From: Thermodesulfobacteriota bacterium
Lineage (GTDB): Bacteria; Desulfobacterota_D; UBA1144; Nemesobacterales; UBA2774
Assembly (NCBI GenBank): GCA_965216785.1
Contig: OZ244197.1
Location: 32,001-96,000 of the forward strand
Reading direction: 5' to 3'
DNA: 64,000 nucleotides
Both the position numbers and the translations under genes were made by a program. Position 1 is the stretch's first letter. Every line of letters starts with the position of its first letter. Positions 21,116 through 30,709 of the stretch are shown here, one piece after another. The notes beneath the pieces are model-generated. The model was not told where the DNA came from and did not search any database. It worked only from the letters and a program-made list of their open reading frames with translations.

Positions 21116-22591
21116 TCATCTTCTGTAATGATAAAGTTTTAACTTGTGAAATTCCTTAAAGGACTCCACATTATAGTCTTCAAGGAGCTCCTGTGTAAGA
21201 GATTCTTTTCCCGCAGATCCGTGCCAGCTCATTACTACCCAGAAGTTATAGTTATCTTCATCGAGCTCTGAGAGTGACTCGCCGCTAAACTCTATCATCT
21301 CTAAATCATCTCTCTTCAAATGATAAAGTCCGGTTCTTAATTCATAGTCGGGAGAAACCATTATAAGCTCTCCCGCATCCGCAGCTGATTCAAGGTAGGC
21401 AACGGTTTCCCGCCACTGGTGCTTATGGATTTTAAGGTAATATTCCCTAATATTTAAAAAGGAAAAGATTAGAACGATTCCCGTTAGAACTGCTAAAATT
21501 CTTTTATTCCCAAAACTCTCAATTCCCTTGGCAACTATAATGAAAAATGCAGCTGCCCCGCAAACTGCATAACGCACCTGGTACATCGGGGTAATCATTA
21601 CTGATATCAAAAACGGGATTATTATAGGTATAGATATCCATAGGACTAGTAAATATATTTTTTGTATGTAGGGAAGCTCCGTTTCACCCGATTTATCGTA
21701 TTGGGATCTGATATAGCCGTTTAAGCTTTTTAGTCGGAATACGGATATTAGATTAAAAACCGCGAATACTGAGAAGATGGAGAACAAGACGAATAATGGC
21801 CAAGACCCGGAGTATGCTAACACCGCTCCCGGTATCTCTTTAAGACTCGGAGCACTAAGCCAGAGTCCTTCCTTAGTGGCTCCTGCCTGCGCTATTAAAT
21901 ACAGGTGCGGCAAGTATAAAACAAACAAAATAAGCTGGAGCAATACCCATCGCCCTAAGCTTAATGACTTATATTCTCTGCTTAAAAGGAAGTTAGTGAA
22001 GATAAAAATATTTTGAGCTATCAGTACAAATACGGCGTAGTAATGTGAAGATAGCAGGAGTAATGAGCTGATAATATATAAGGCACAAATCCAAAAGCTC
22101 TGTTGTTTAAGGAGCTTTGTAAAAAAATAGAAAGAAAGGATAGATAGTAACGCAAATAAGCTGTAGCTCCTGGCTTCCTGAGAAAGCTCTATTAACATTA
22201 CTGAAGTTGCTAGAATGAGAGCTGAAAGAAGAGCGGTGTTTTTATTAAATAGGAGTTTTGCCATTTTATAAACGGCTATGATAGAGAGCACCCCGAATAT
22301 AACCGAAGGAAATCGCACAGAAAAAGCGGAATCGCCAAAGAGCTTTATCCAATAATGCATAATCGAATAGTACAAAGGAGGGTGATTTTCGTTGTCCCTT
22401 AAGATTTCCTTTATAATTTCGACCGGACCATGTTTTGATATCTCTATCGTATAGGCTTCGTCAAGCCAGATACTCTCGCTACCGAGATCATAGATCCTTA
22501 AGATTGCGCCTAGGAGAATGATTAGTAAGAGAAGATAGTTCTCTTCTATGAATTTTAGTGAATGGTAATTTGGCAAGGCAGCGATCCTCAC
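21116..22591 (-). CDS. GT-C fold membrane glycosyltransferase (tandem paralog)
   Basis: SIWLDE, HPPLYY, VRFPS, SQEARSYSL; N-terminus near-identical to 19559-21037. Confidence 0.85.
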   Translation of the reverse strand: MRIAALPNYHSLKFIEENYLLLLIILLGAILRIYDLGSESIWLDEAYTIEISKHGPVEIIKEILRDNENHPPLYYSIMHYWIKLFGDSAFSVRFPSVIFGVLSIIAVYKMAKLLFNKNTALLSALILATSVMLIELSQEARSYSLFALLSILSFYFFTKLLKQQSFWICALYIISSLLLLSSHYYAVFVLIAQNIFIFTNFLLSREYKSLSLGRWVLLQLILFVLYLPHLYLIAQAGATKEGLWLSAPSLKEIPGAVLAYSGSWPLFVLFSIFSVFAVFNLISVFRLKSLNGYIRSQYDKSGETELPYIQKIYLLVLWISIPIIIPFLISVMITPMYQVRYAVCGAAAFFIIVAKGIESFGNKRILAVLTGIVLIFSFLNIREYYLKIHKHQWRETVAYLESAADAGELIMVSPDYELRTGLYHLKRDDLEMIEFSGESLSELDEDNYNFWVVMSWHGSAGKESLTQELLEDYNVESFKEFHKLKLYHYRR

Positions 22592-22835
22592 TATTTATTA
22601 ATACCAGTGCTTTATTATTACTAGTATTTATTTATTTGAGTGAGAGGTCAATTGGAATTAGGATGAGTGATAGAGGATTTTACCCCCAACCTACAATCTT
22701 CCCCTGCATTGGGGAGGGGAGATAAAATAGGCGAAAGCTAAAGGTAAGCGCACCTGATGCCGGCCCCTTGCGAATTTTATCTAAGAGGTTATGATTCCCT
22801 GTTTTTATAGACATATATATGAATAAGGAGTTTTA

Positions 22836-24638
22836 GTGATGCTTGAACTGATGGGAGACTGGCAAAGGACTGATCGCTGCGGAGCACTAAGCGCATCTGA
22901 CGTGGATAGGGATGTGCTGCTAATGGGGTGGATTCAGTCGCATAGAGACCACGGAGGGGTGATATTTATCGACCTCAGAGACCGTGAGGGACTGGTACAG
23001 ATCGTATTTAACCCCGAGATAAGTAAAGATGTGCATGAGATAGGAGAAACCTTAAGAGACGAGTGGGTAATAGCCGTTAAAGGCAAAGTGAAGAACCGCT
23101 CCGCCGAGACCATAAACCCCAACCTTCCAACAGGCGAGATCGAAGTGTTCGCAGACGAAGTAAGGGTGCTTAACACATCTAAAGTTATCCCGTTCCTAAT
23201 TGAAGACGACATTAATGTAGACGAGCTATTAAGACTCAAGTACAGATATCTGGACCTCAGGCGCACAGCGATGAAGGACAACATAATTACGAGACATAAA
23301 ACCGTCACCGCAACCAGGAATTATTTAAACTCTGTGTCCTTTCTGGAAATAGAAACTCCTTACCTTACAAAATCTACCCCTGAGGGCGCGAGGGATTTCC
23401 TGGTGCCGAGCAGGCTTAACCTGGGGCAGTTTTACGCCCTCCCACAGTCGCCCCAGATACTGAAGCAGACCCTTATGATCTCCGGGTTTGACCGCTACTA
23501 CCAGATAGTACGCTGCTTCAGGGATGAGGACTTAAGAGCGGACCGTCAGCCAGAATTCACTCAGATTGACCTTGAGATGTCTTTTGTAAACGAGTCGGAC
23601 ATCAGGGATACAGTTGAGGGAATGCTGAAAGCTATATTCAAAGAAGCCGCAGGTAAAGAGATTGTAGCACCGTTCAAACGAATGAAATATGAAGAAGCTA
23701 TGCTCCGCTACGGTACGGACAAGCCCGACACCAGATTCGGGCTCGAGCTCGAGGATATAAGCGATGTTTTCAGGGAGTCTGAATTTAAAGTATTCAGCGG
23801 CGCGCTCGGGAAAGGCGGAATTATTAAAGCTCTTAACCTGAAGGGGAAAGCGGGCGAGCTTTCGAGAAAAGAGATTGACGATCTGACTGAGGACGCCAAG
23901 ACGCTCGGCGCAAAGGGGCTTGCCTGGATAAGGGTTTCAGGGGATGAGTGGCAGTCTCCTATAATCAAGTTTTTCAGTGATGAGGAAAAAGAGAACCTTC
24001 AAAAAACCCTGAACTTGGAAGTCGGCGATATAGTTTTCTTCGGAGCCGATTCGAGCCATATAGTAAACCTGGTGCTGTCGAATCTAAGACTGAAGCTGGG
24101 CGAGAAGTTCGGGATGATCGACCACGGCAAGTTTGAGTTTCTATGGGTAGAAGAGTTTCCGCTGCTCGATTATGACGAGAACGAGAACCGCTATACCGCC
24201 ATGCACCACCCGTTTACCTCGCCCTTTGAAGAGGATATAGAGCTTCTTGAAACCGACCCCGGGAAGGTGAGATCGAGAGCGTATGATATAGTGCTGAACG
24301 GAGTCGAGATCGGGGGAGGCAGCATAAGGATTTATAGAAAGGATATTCAGGAAAAGCTATTCAGTGCAATCGGGCTGAGCAGCGAGGAAGCGGAGAGCAA
24401 ATTCGGATTCCTACTCGAGGCTCTTGAGTATGGAGCACCCCCACACGGTGGTATTGCTCTTGGGCTGGACAGAATAGTAATGCTAATAGCAGGGGCAAGC
24501 TCGATAAGAGACGTAATCGCTTTTCCTAAAACGCAAAAGGGCGCGTGCCCGCTCACTGAGGCCCCGTCGGAAGTGGATATCGCACAACTGCTTGAGCTGG
24601 GTATAAAGCTCGATATAAAAGAAGAAGACAAGCAATAA
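22836..24638 (+). CDS. aspS: Aspartate--tRNA ligase
   Basis: RDHGG.IFIDLRD, RLKYRYLDLRR, STPEGARDF, FRDEDLRADRQPEFTQ, GAPPHGG.ALGLDR. Confidence 0.97.
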   Translation: MMLELMGDWQRTDRCGALSASDVDRDVLLMGWIQSHRDHGGVIFIDLRDREGLVQIVFNPEISKDVHEIGETLRDEWVIAVKGKVKNRSAETINPNLPTGEIEVFADEVRVLNTSKVIPFLIEDDINVDELLRLKYRYLDLRRTAMKDNIITRHKTVTATRNYLNSVSFLEIETPYLTKSTPEGARDFLVPSRLNLGQFYALPQSPQILKQTLMISGFDRYYQIVRCFRDEDLRADRQPEFTQIDLEMSFVNESDIRDTVEGMLKAIFKEAAGKEIVAPFKRMKYEEAMLRYGTDKPDTRFGLELEDISDVFRESEFKVFSGALGKGGIIKALNLKGKAGELSRKEIDDLTEDAKTLGAKGLAWIRVSGDEWQSPIIKFFSDEEKENLQKTLNLEVGDIVFFGADSSHIVNLVLSNLRLKLGEKFGMIDHGKFEFLWVEEFPLLDYDENENRYTAMHHPFTSPFEEDIELLETDPGKVRSRAYDIVLNGVEIGGGSIRIYRKDIQEKLFSAIGLSSEEAESKFGFLLEALEYGAPPHGGIALGLDRIVMLIAGASSIRDVIAFPKTQKGACPLTEAPSEVDIAQLLELGIKLDIKEEDKQ

Positions 24639-24665
24639 CCGGCAAGCTTTTAATAGGCCGAATAT

Positions 24666-24887
24666 TTATTTGACAACTTCGGGGGACTTACAGTTCTTCA
24701 TAGCACTCTCAAGCCAATGATCGGCTTCCTCTTTAGTCTCAAACTTCTCTGACCATAAGGTGTCGTTCCTGTACTCAAATTCCCACACCCAGCCGTCTGT
24801 GGGACGGCCTAAGCGGATCACGAGCACCTGTTTCAGGTTTATCCAGCAAAGCTCCCCGACCTTGGATTTAATCTGAATAAACATCAC
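24666..24887 (-). CDS. Small hypothetical protein
   Basis: 73-aa ORF with AGGAGG RBS, downstream of the Gld-like operon. Confidence 0.6.
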   Translation of the reverse strand: MMFIQIKSKVGELCWINLKQVLVIRLGRPTDGWVWEFEYRNDTLWSEKFETKEEADHWLESAMKNCKSPEVVK

Positions 24888-24977
24888 ATCCTCCTATGTT
24901 ACAGTGCTAATAAACTCGGTGAATAAAATTATCAATGCTATTATTCTTTCTTTTCTTGTTAGATTAATCAAGCCTTT

Positions 24978-25931
24978 TCAATTTTGTGAAAGACTCAGTG
25001 TCAGATCATCGACATTTTTAGGGAGCTTCTTAAAGTTTTCCTTTGAGGTCGAGTATATGGTGTCCTGAGAGTCAAACTTAATATAGTACTCGTCTTCGTC
25101 TTTGCGTTTGCCGAAGAATAGTTTATGCGAGGCGCCGTTTTGGAATATCTCAATTTCAGCAGTCGGCAGATCTAATCCGAAGCTCTTTAAACTTTCGGGC
25201 TCACGGCTCACAACTCCGTTAATTTCCAGATCCGAAAGAGTCATCAGAAGCTGATCCGCCTTTTCCTGATCGAGCTTCACGTCTTCTGTAAGCGGCTCAG
25301 CAATCCATAGACCGTCTTCTCTTTCAAACTGAATGTAAAAATTCCCTACTCTTAGAACAATCCGGTTAACCAGATCGGGGATCAGAGCAATCACCCTTTT
25401 ATCCCTGAAATCCTTACCGGAGTTATCTATTAATCTTGAGGCCGCAGCGTTATCAATGATGAGCACTCTGTCTTTATCAACGTCATAAACGTATGTGCCG
25501 GTCTCGCTCGGATTCTGATTGCCGATTAGTAAGTAGTATTCGGCCCTGTCAGATATGACCATAAATTCCGAAGGGGGCTCGTGCAGACCGAATTGGTCCA
25601 GCTCAAGACCCTTTGAGGAAACAGTCTCTATAAGCTCCATAGACTTAATATCGTTGACTAAATCCTGAACATCCGCGCTGTCGGCCTTTGACCTGCGCTC
25701 CGAATCCGATACGAACCATTGTCCGTCTTCATTGTCAAGATTGATTTCAGAGCCCGGTGATTTTAGCATTACAGAGAGAATTTCTTCTTTTTCGAGAGAA
25801 GGGAAAACCATTTTTTTATCATCGGCTTCATCTTCCCCGTTAAATAGAAAGATCCCGCCCAGCAGTATGAGGAAGATCACTGCCGCTGCTAAGGTGCCTG
25901 AAAATTTTTTCAGATAAGGGCTTATTCCCAT
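24978..25931 (-). CDS. DUF4340 domain protein
   Basis: N-terminal TM; two repeats with FGL..P motif; usual partner of GldG-like genes. Confidence 0.75.
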   Translation of the reverse strand: MGISPYLKKFSGTLAAAVIFLILLGGIFLFNGEDEADDKKMVFPSLEKEEILSVMLKSPGSEINLDNEDGQWFVSDSERRSKADSADVQDLVNDIKSMELIETVSSKGLELDQFGLHEPPSEFMVISDRAEYYLLIGNQNPSETGTYVYDVDKDRVLIIDNAAASRLIDNSGKDFRDKRVIALIPDLVNRIVLRVGNFYIQFEREDGLWIAEPLTEDVKLDQEKADQLLMTLSDLEINGVVSREPESLKSFGLDLPTAEIEIFQNGASHKLFFGKRKDEDEYYIKFDSQDTIYSTSKENFKKLPKNVDDLTLSLSQN

Positions 25932-26000
25932 CTATTAAGAGTATTAGTTCAGAGTTTTATAATTACAATTTTATATGTGTCTGTATTGTCTCTTAGAATA

Positions 26001-27368
26001 TTACATCTTTCTTCTTTTCCACCATATTGCAACCCCAGAGAATAGAACCACAGCCGGTATGAGTATGACAGTAAAGAAAAAGATAATATTTGTCTGCTGA
26101 TTAGTAATGGTGAGCTTTCCCTGCTCGGCGCTCTTGGGTCTGATGGAAATAAGGTTTTCATCACCCGAGACCCAGTTTACCGTATTCAAAAAAAGGTCTC
26201 GGTTCCCTGAGAAGTCAAAGAATATGTTCGACACGAAATCTACGCTACCGAAAACCGCTATCCTGCCCCTGGAGCCGTTCTCAGATACCGCGAGTACGCC
26301 TAAAGGGCCCGTCTTGTCACTCTCTTCCTGCTGAGCCACACCCTGATCGAAATTCTCAAAATCAGTTTCCGACCAGCTGTACTGCCCAGTATGGGCCAGG
26401 ACGACTGCATTCATGCCATCGACATCGTGGGTATCTATACTCCGGGAGTAGGGAAATATGGTCGCGTAGCGAAAATCATCTGTGATTTCATGGGGGGTGT
26501 ACTCGCCTACTATTGGGGCTATATCGCCCCCGCCTTCAAGCTTTGAGCTGGGGTCGACAATGATATCCTCTGAGAGCATTATTCCGTAAGATTTAAGGAC
26601 AGATACTATCTCGCCGCCCGTACGGGGCTCGATCATAAAGACCGCCTTCCCTCCCTTTGAGAGGTATTCCTTTATATCCCCTATCTCCTTTAGAGTGAAG
26701 GCCTGTTTGGGCGCCGCAAGCACAATTACGGAGTTTTCAGCAGGAAGCGCCTGCCCTTTTGGTAAAAGTATTTCTCTTACGTTATAACCTTCGTCGATGA
26801 GCGCGTTCTTGAGCACGCCTAACCCTTCGGGCTCGACATCGTCCCCTATGTCCCTTTCGCCGTGACCGGTTATAAAATAAACTGTCTTATTAATATTTCT
26901 CGACAGTTTCAGAATAGCGTTTGTGATCTCCTCTTCGGAGTTATTTATTATGCCGCCTGAAAGCGGATCACCCAGTCTGAGCTTTATCGTTTCGTCCCCG
27001 TACGCCACAACAACAGAGCCGTATTCTTTAATTTCGTATTTCTTGGCAAGACCTGGTTCTTTGTCGGGGTTTATTACGCTTACACTTAAATTATCGGCGC
27101 GTCTGGTATAGTCCTTTATCAAGTCTTGAAACTCACTCCTGTCAGCGCCGGTGTCTTTGAAGAAGGCGATAATTTCTATGGGGCTATCGAGCTCGTTTAA
27201 CACCTCTACAGTATTATCCGAGACCGTGTAGAGCTTTGTGTCTGTGAGGTCGAATCTGAAATCGCTCTTCGAAGCCAGAAAGTTCAGGATAATGAGTATT
27301 CCGACTGTGCTTATTATGGATATGAGCGCATTGGTACCGTATATGAGCCTTCTGTTCTTCATCTCCAC
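26001..27368 (-). CDS. GldG-family ABC auxiliary protein
   Basis: RFDLT...YTVS, VYFITGHGE, GN.DLFLN.VNW, C-terminal TM + WWKRR. Confidence 0.85.
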   Translation of the reverse strand: MEMKNRRLIYGTNALISIISTVGILIILNFLASKSDFRFDLTDTKLYTVSDNTVEVLNELDSPIEIIAFFKDTGADRSEFQDLIKDYTRRADNLSVSVINPDKEPGLAKKYEIKEYGSVVVAYGDETIKLRLGDPLSGGIINNSEEEITNAILKLSRNINKTVYFITGHGERDIGDDVEPEGLGVLKNALIDEGYNVREILLPKGQALPAENSVIVLAAPKQAFTLKEIGDIKEYLSKGGKAVFMIEPRTGGEIVSVLKSYGIMLSEDIIVDPSSKLEGGGDIAPIVGEYTPHEITDDFRYATIFPYSRSIDTHDVDGMNAVVLAHTGQYSWSETDFENFDQGVAQQEESDKTGPLGVLAVSENGSRGRIAVFGSVDFVSNIFFDFSGNRDLFLNTVNWVSGDENLISIRPKSAEQGKLTITNQQTNIIFFFTVILIPAVVLFSGVAIWWKRRKM

Positions 27369-28111
27369 CTCTCTGATTCTAGCGCGGTGTGAGCGAGAAA
27401 GAGCCCGAGGTATACAAGCGATCCATAGTATACTAGATCTTTAATTCCGATAATACCTTTACCGAAAGGCTCGAAGTGGTTAATGACGGATATATAGCCG
27501 AGGATACTGCCGTCCACAGGTGACATAGCGCCCACCAGCCAGAGCACGAGGAGAACGCCGAAAGAGATTACGGCCGCTATTAGCTGGTTATCTGTGAGAG
27601 AGGAAGCAAAAAGACCGATTGCGAGAAAAGAAGCTCCAAGCAGAAAGAGCCCGATGTAACCTGATGTGACGGCGCCGATATCGGGGTTACCGTGCACCAT
27701 TAAAACAAATACATTTATCGAGGAAAGCGCAAGCATAATAACGAGAAGGATTAAGGCCGCAAGGTATTTACCGAGTATTATGGTTCTAAGCTTAATAGGG
27801 GAAGTGAACAGAAGCTCCGCGGTGTAGCTCTTTCTTTCATCCGCCAACTGTCTCATGGTTATAAGCGGTATTATGATGAGCAGCACCAGAGTGATGGTAC
27901 CGAAGTAGGGAGCTAAAACCAGGTTGTTTAGGTTAAGCTCACCCCTTTGGAGCTGAAAACCGGGATCTAGCTGTATGTGCAAAAAACCTTTTAAATATAG
28001 GAAAAAGAACCAGGCAGATATCGCCTGAAAGACTACGATGATGATATAGGCGAGCGGGGAAGCAAAATAGGATTTAAGCTCTCTTTTTAAAATAGGTGAT
28101 ATCGAATTCAT
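27359..28111 (-). CDS. ABC-2 permease (GldF-like)
   Basis: RELKSYFASPLAY, ITMR.LADER...ELLFTSP, GLFASSLT.NQ. Confidence 0.85.
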   Translation of the reverse strand: MNSISPILKRELKSYFASPLAYIIIVVFQAISAWFFFLYLKGFLHIQLDPGFQLQRGELNLNNLVLAPYFGTITLVLLIIIPLITMRQLADERKSYTAELLFTSPIKLRTIILGKYLAALILLVIMLALSSINVFVLMVHGNPDIGAVTSGYIGLFLLGASFLAIGLFASSLTDNQLIAAVISFGVLLVLWLVGAMSPVDGSILGYISVINHFEPFGKGIIGIKDLVYYGSLVYLGLFLAHTALESERWR

Positions 28112-28114
28112 TTC

Positions 28115-29038
28115 TCAGCCTTCGGATGAAATAACCTTTAGAAATATTTCCTCTAACGTATGCGTGAGGGGTCTTAGCTCAAGGAGGCCCCAGTCGTTTT
28201 GTACGGCCGTCTTTGCAAGCTCATCCCTTACATCGCTGCCGTTTGAAGGAACAATGACATACTCGCCCGGAGCGCTCATATTTACCTTTGATATGTTTTC
28301 TATGGACTCAATTTTTTCTTTTACGTTATCACCGTCATGCCTTAGCTTTAAGTAGAGACTCTCAGAGCTCTTAAGGTTCAAAGAGAGCGACTCAAGGGAT
28401 TCTTCCAGCGCAATCCTGCCCTCGTTAATTATTATCACACGGCTGCATATCATAGTGACCTCGGGAAGTATGTGCGTGCTAAGTATTATGGTACGCTCAC
28501 CGGCGAGGCTTTTGATGAGCTCGCGTATCTCGATAATCTGCACCGGGTCAAGCCCGTTTGTAGGCTCGTCGAGTACGAGTACCGAGGGGTTATTAATGAG
28601 CGCTTGGGCTATACCGACGCGCTGTTTGTAGCCCTTTGACAGATGGGCTATGATCCGCTTGCTTACCGATGTGATACCGCACTTGTCCATTACGTAGAGG
28701 ATCCTGCCCTTTTTTTCCTTTGAGGGTACTTTTTTGATGTCGGCTACAAAATCAAGGTAGTCCTCAACATCCATGTCATTATAAAGAGGCGGGTTTTCGG
28801 GCAGATATCCGATCTGTTTTTTCGCCTGTAGCGGGTGGTCAAATATGTCGACGTCCTCAATGCGTACAGAGCCTTTTGTAGGAGGCATATAGCCCGTAAT
28901 GATGCGCATGGTCGTAGTTTTACCCGCTCCGTTGGGACCTAAAAACCCAAGCACATCGCCCTTCTCGAGCTCAAAAGAAATGTTTTCAACGGCACGAAGG
29001 CTGCCGTAGTTTTTAGTGAGATTATGAACGCGTATCAA
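28115..29038 (-). CDS. ABC transporter ATP-binding protein (GldA-like)
   Basis: GPNGAGKTT, LSKGYKQRVG, LDEPT.GLDP. Confidence 0.9.
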   Translation of the reverse strand: MIRVHNLTKNYGSLRAVENISFELEKGDVLGFLGPNGAGKTTTMRIITGYMPPTKGSVRIEDVDIFDHPLQAKKQIGYLPENPPLYNDMDVEDYLDFVADIKKVPSKEKKGRILYVMDKCGITSVSKRIIAHLSKGYKQRVGIAQALINNPSVLVLDEPTNGLDPVQIIEIRELIKSLAGERTIILSTHILPEVTMICSRVIIINEGRIALEESLESLSLNLKSSESLYLKLRHDGDNVKEKIESIENISKVNMSAPGEYVIVPSNGSDVRDELAKTAVQNDWGLLELRPLTHTLEEIFLKVISSEG

Positions 29039-29428
29039 ATAAGTATGTACTCCCGATGCCTATTACCCAATACCCTAAACCCACTCCGTATATATTTGAG
29101 GACTGCAAATAGAATAACCGTACCTTAATTCTATTCCAAACTGATTATTAATGATAGTTTTAATTCTCTGAGATTTGGGTAGAATTTACGGTTAGCCAAA
29201 GAAAATTGACTAAGCGTTATAACTATGATATTAAACTGGATGTATTATTAAATAAGGGTGGCAATTTAGAGATATACCGATATTAAGAAAACGGATATTT
29301 AATCATATTTACGAACACCATAGCATCGAAAATACATCATATACAATACAGGACTTGGAAGGCCTATTATTAAAAGCCTAAAAGCCGTGTTCTGTAAGTG
29401 ATAAGACTACCGAAGAAGGGAGTTTTTG

Positions 29429-30709
29429 ATGAGTAAAGAAGAGCTTAGTAACGACGACAAACTAGTGCTTGCGGTCAAAAAAAGGTACCACGATATGCTC
29501 GCTGAGGGTGTTGACCCCTATGAGTGGGCTTATGCGTGGCGCTCTGAGATTAACCGAGGCGGTTTTAAAGCGGTTGATTTCCTTATGGACGAAATAGTGG
29601 ATACTGGTAAGTGCGTCGGGTGCGCAGCCTGTGTGACAATTTGCCCGACCGATGTATTTGACTATAAGGACGAGCACCCTGTGGATACGAGAAAGGACGC
29701 ATGCGTGCTGTGCGAGCTTTGCGCAGACGTTTGCCCGGTTCTCAGACCCCTGGATAAGGATCTGCACACACTTTTGGGCTTTAAGCAGCCGGTAATTGAC
29801 GAGGGGTTCGGCCCTTACAACTACGCCGTAATAGCACGGGCAAAGAATAAGGAGTTTTTGGAGAAGGGACAGGACGGAGGAGTAACGAGCGCGCTTTTGG
29901 TGCATCTGCTGGAGCAGGGCGCCATAAACGGTGCGGTGCTCGGAGACGTGCTTCCGGAAAACCCTCAGGTAGGCGTGCAGAAACTCGCCACCACTTCAGA
30001 GGAAATAGTTCAGTGCAGCGGCTCGCGATACACATATTCGCCCAACACTGTGGCATTGACCGAGGCTATGAGACAGGACGTGCGTCCTCTGGCAGTAGTT
30101 GGCGTGCCTTGTCAGGTGGACGGAGTTCGTCAGCAGCAGTATAGCAGCATACGACTTGAAGTGGCCAAATGGTATCAGAAAAACGTAAGCCTGGTAATCG
30201 GGCTGTATTGCTCTGAGAGCTTTACTCACGAGCACATTACATATATAGCGAAAGAGCTTGATGTTGAGCCAAAAGATATTGTTAGAGTGAACGTAAAGGG
30301 CAAGGTAATAATCGAGCTCCGCGACGGCAGGGAAATAATTATGAAGCTCAAGGACTTTCATCCTTTCGCGCGGCCCGCATGCCTTTATTGTCTTGACTAT
30401 TCCGCTGAGCACGCTGATATCGGAGTGGGAGGTATAGGGCTTGACGGATGGACATTTGTAGCTGTCCGCACAGAAGCGGGGCACAAGGCGTGGCAGGCGG
30501 GAGTGGATGCGGATCTTTTTGAAATCATGGAAGTAGATGAAGTACCAAAGGCAAAGAGCCTGCTCATAAGGCTCTCTGAAATGAAAAGAAATAAACCCCT
30601 CCCTGCACTTATGCCTACGCTGCAGGAGAGGATTGAAATGGGCAACACAAACCCTAAGACTTTCTATAAAGATTACAATCCAAGCGATGGAGGAAAAAAC
30701 GGTAAATGA
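29429..30709 (+). CDS. FrhB-family (F420 hydrogenase/dehydrogenase beta-subunit-like) protein with N-terminal 2x[4Fe-4S] ferredoxin domain
   Basis: CVGCAACVTICP and CVLCELCADVCP; GQDGGVTSALL, GSRY, VGVPCQ, IGLYC, CLYCLD..AEHADI.VG. Confidence 0.85.
   Translation: MSKEELSNDDKLVLAVKKRYHDMLAEGVDPYEWAYAWRSEINRGGFKAVDFLMDEIVDTGKCVGCAACVTICPTDVFDYKDEHPVDTRKDACVLCELCADVCPVLRPLDKDLHTLLGFKQPVIDEGFGPYNYAVIARAKNKEFLEKGQDGGVTSALLVHLLEQGAINGAVLGDVLPENPQVGVQKLATTSEEIVQCSGSRYTYSPNTVALTEAMRQDVRPLAVVGVPCQVDGVRQQQYSSIRLEVAKWYQKNVSLVIGLYCSESFTHEHITYIAKELDVEPKDIVRVNVKGKVIIELRDGREIIMKLKDFHPFARPACLYCLDYSAEHADIGVGGIGLDGWTFVAVRTEAGHKAWQAGVDADLFEIMEVDEVPKAKSLLIRLSEMKRNKPLPALMPTLQERIEMGNTNPKTFYKDYNPSDGGKNGK

Noticed and set aside
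24978-29038. Gliding motility apparatus (gldAFG)
   Set aside because: GldA/F/G-like ABC modules with DUF4340 are widespread in non-gliding bacteria; no other gld/spr genes in the window
29346-29396. Riboswitch in the FrhB-OFOR leader
   Set aside because: Only a weak TACAGGAC/GTTCTGTA pairing; no recognisable aptamer consensus
29429-30709. F420-reducing hydrogenase or methanogenesis marker
   Set aside because: No FrhA/FrhG or maturation genes; the gene is coupled to an OFOR instead
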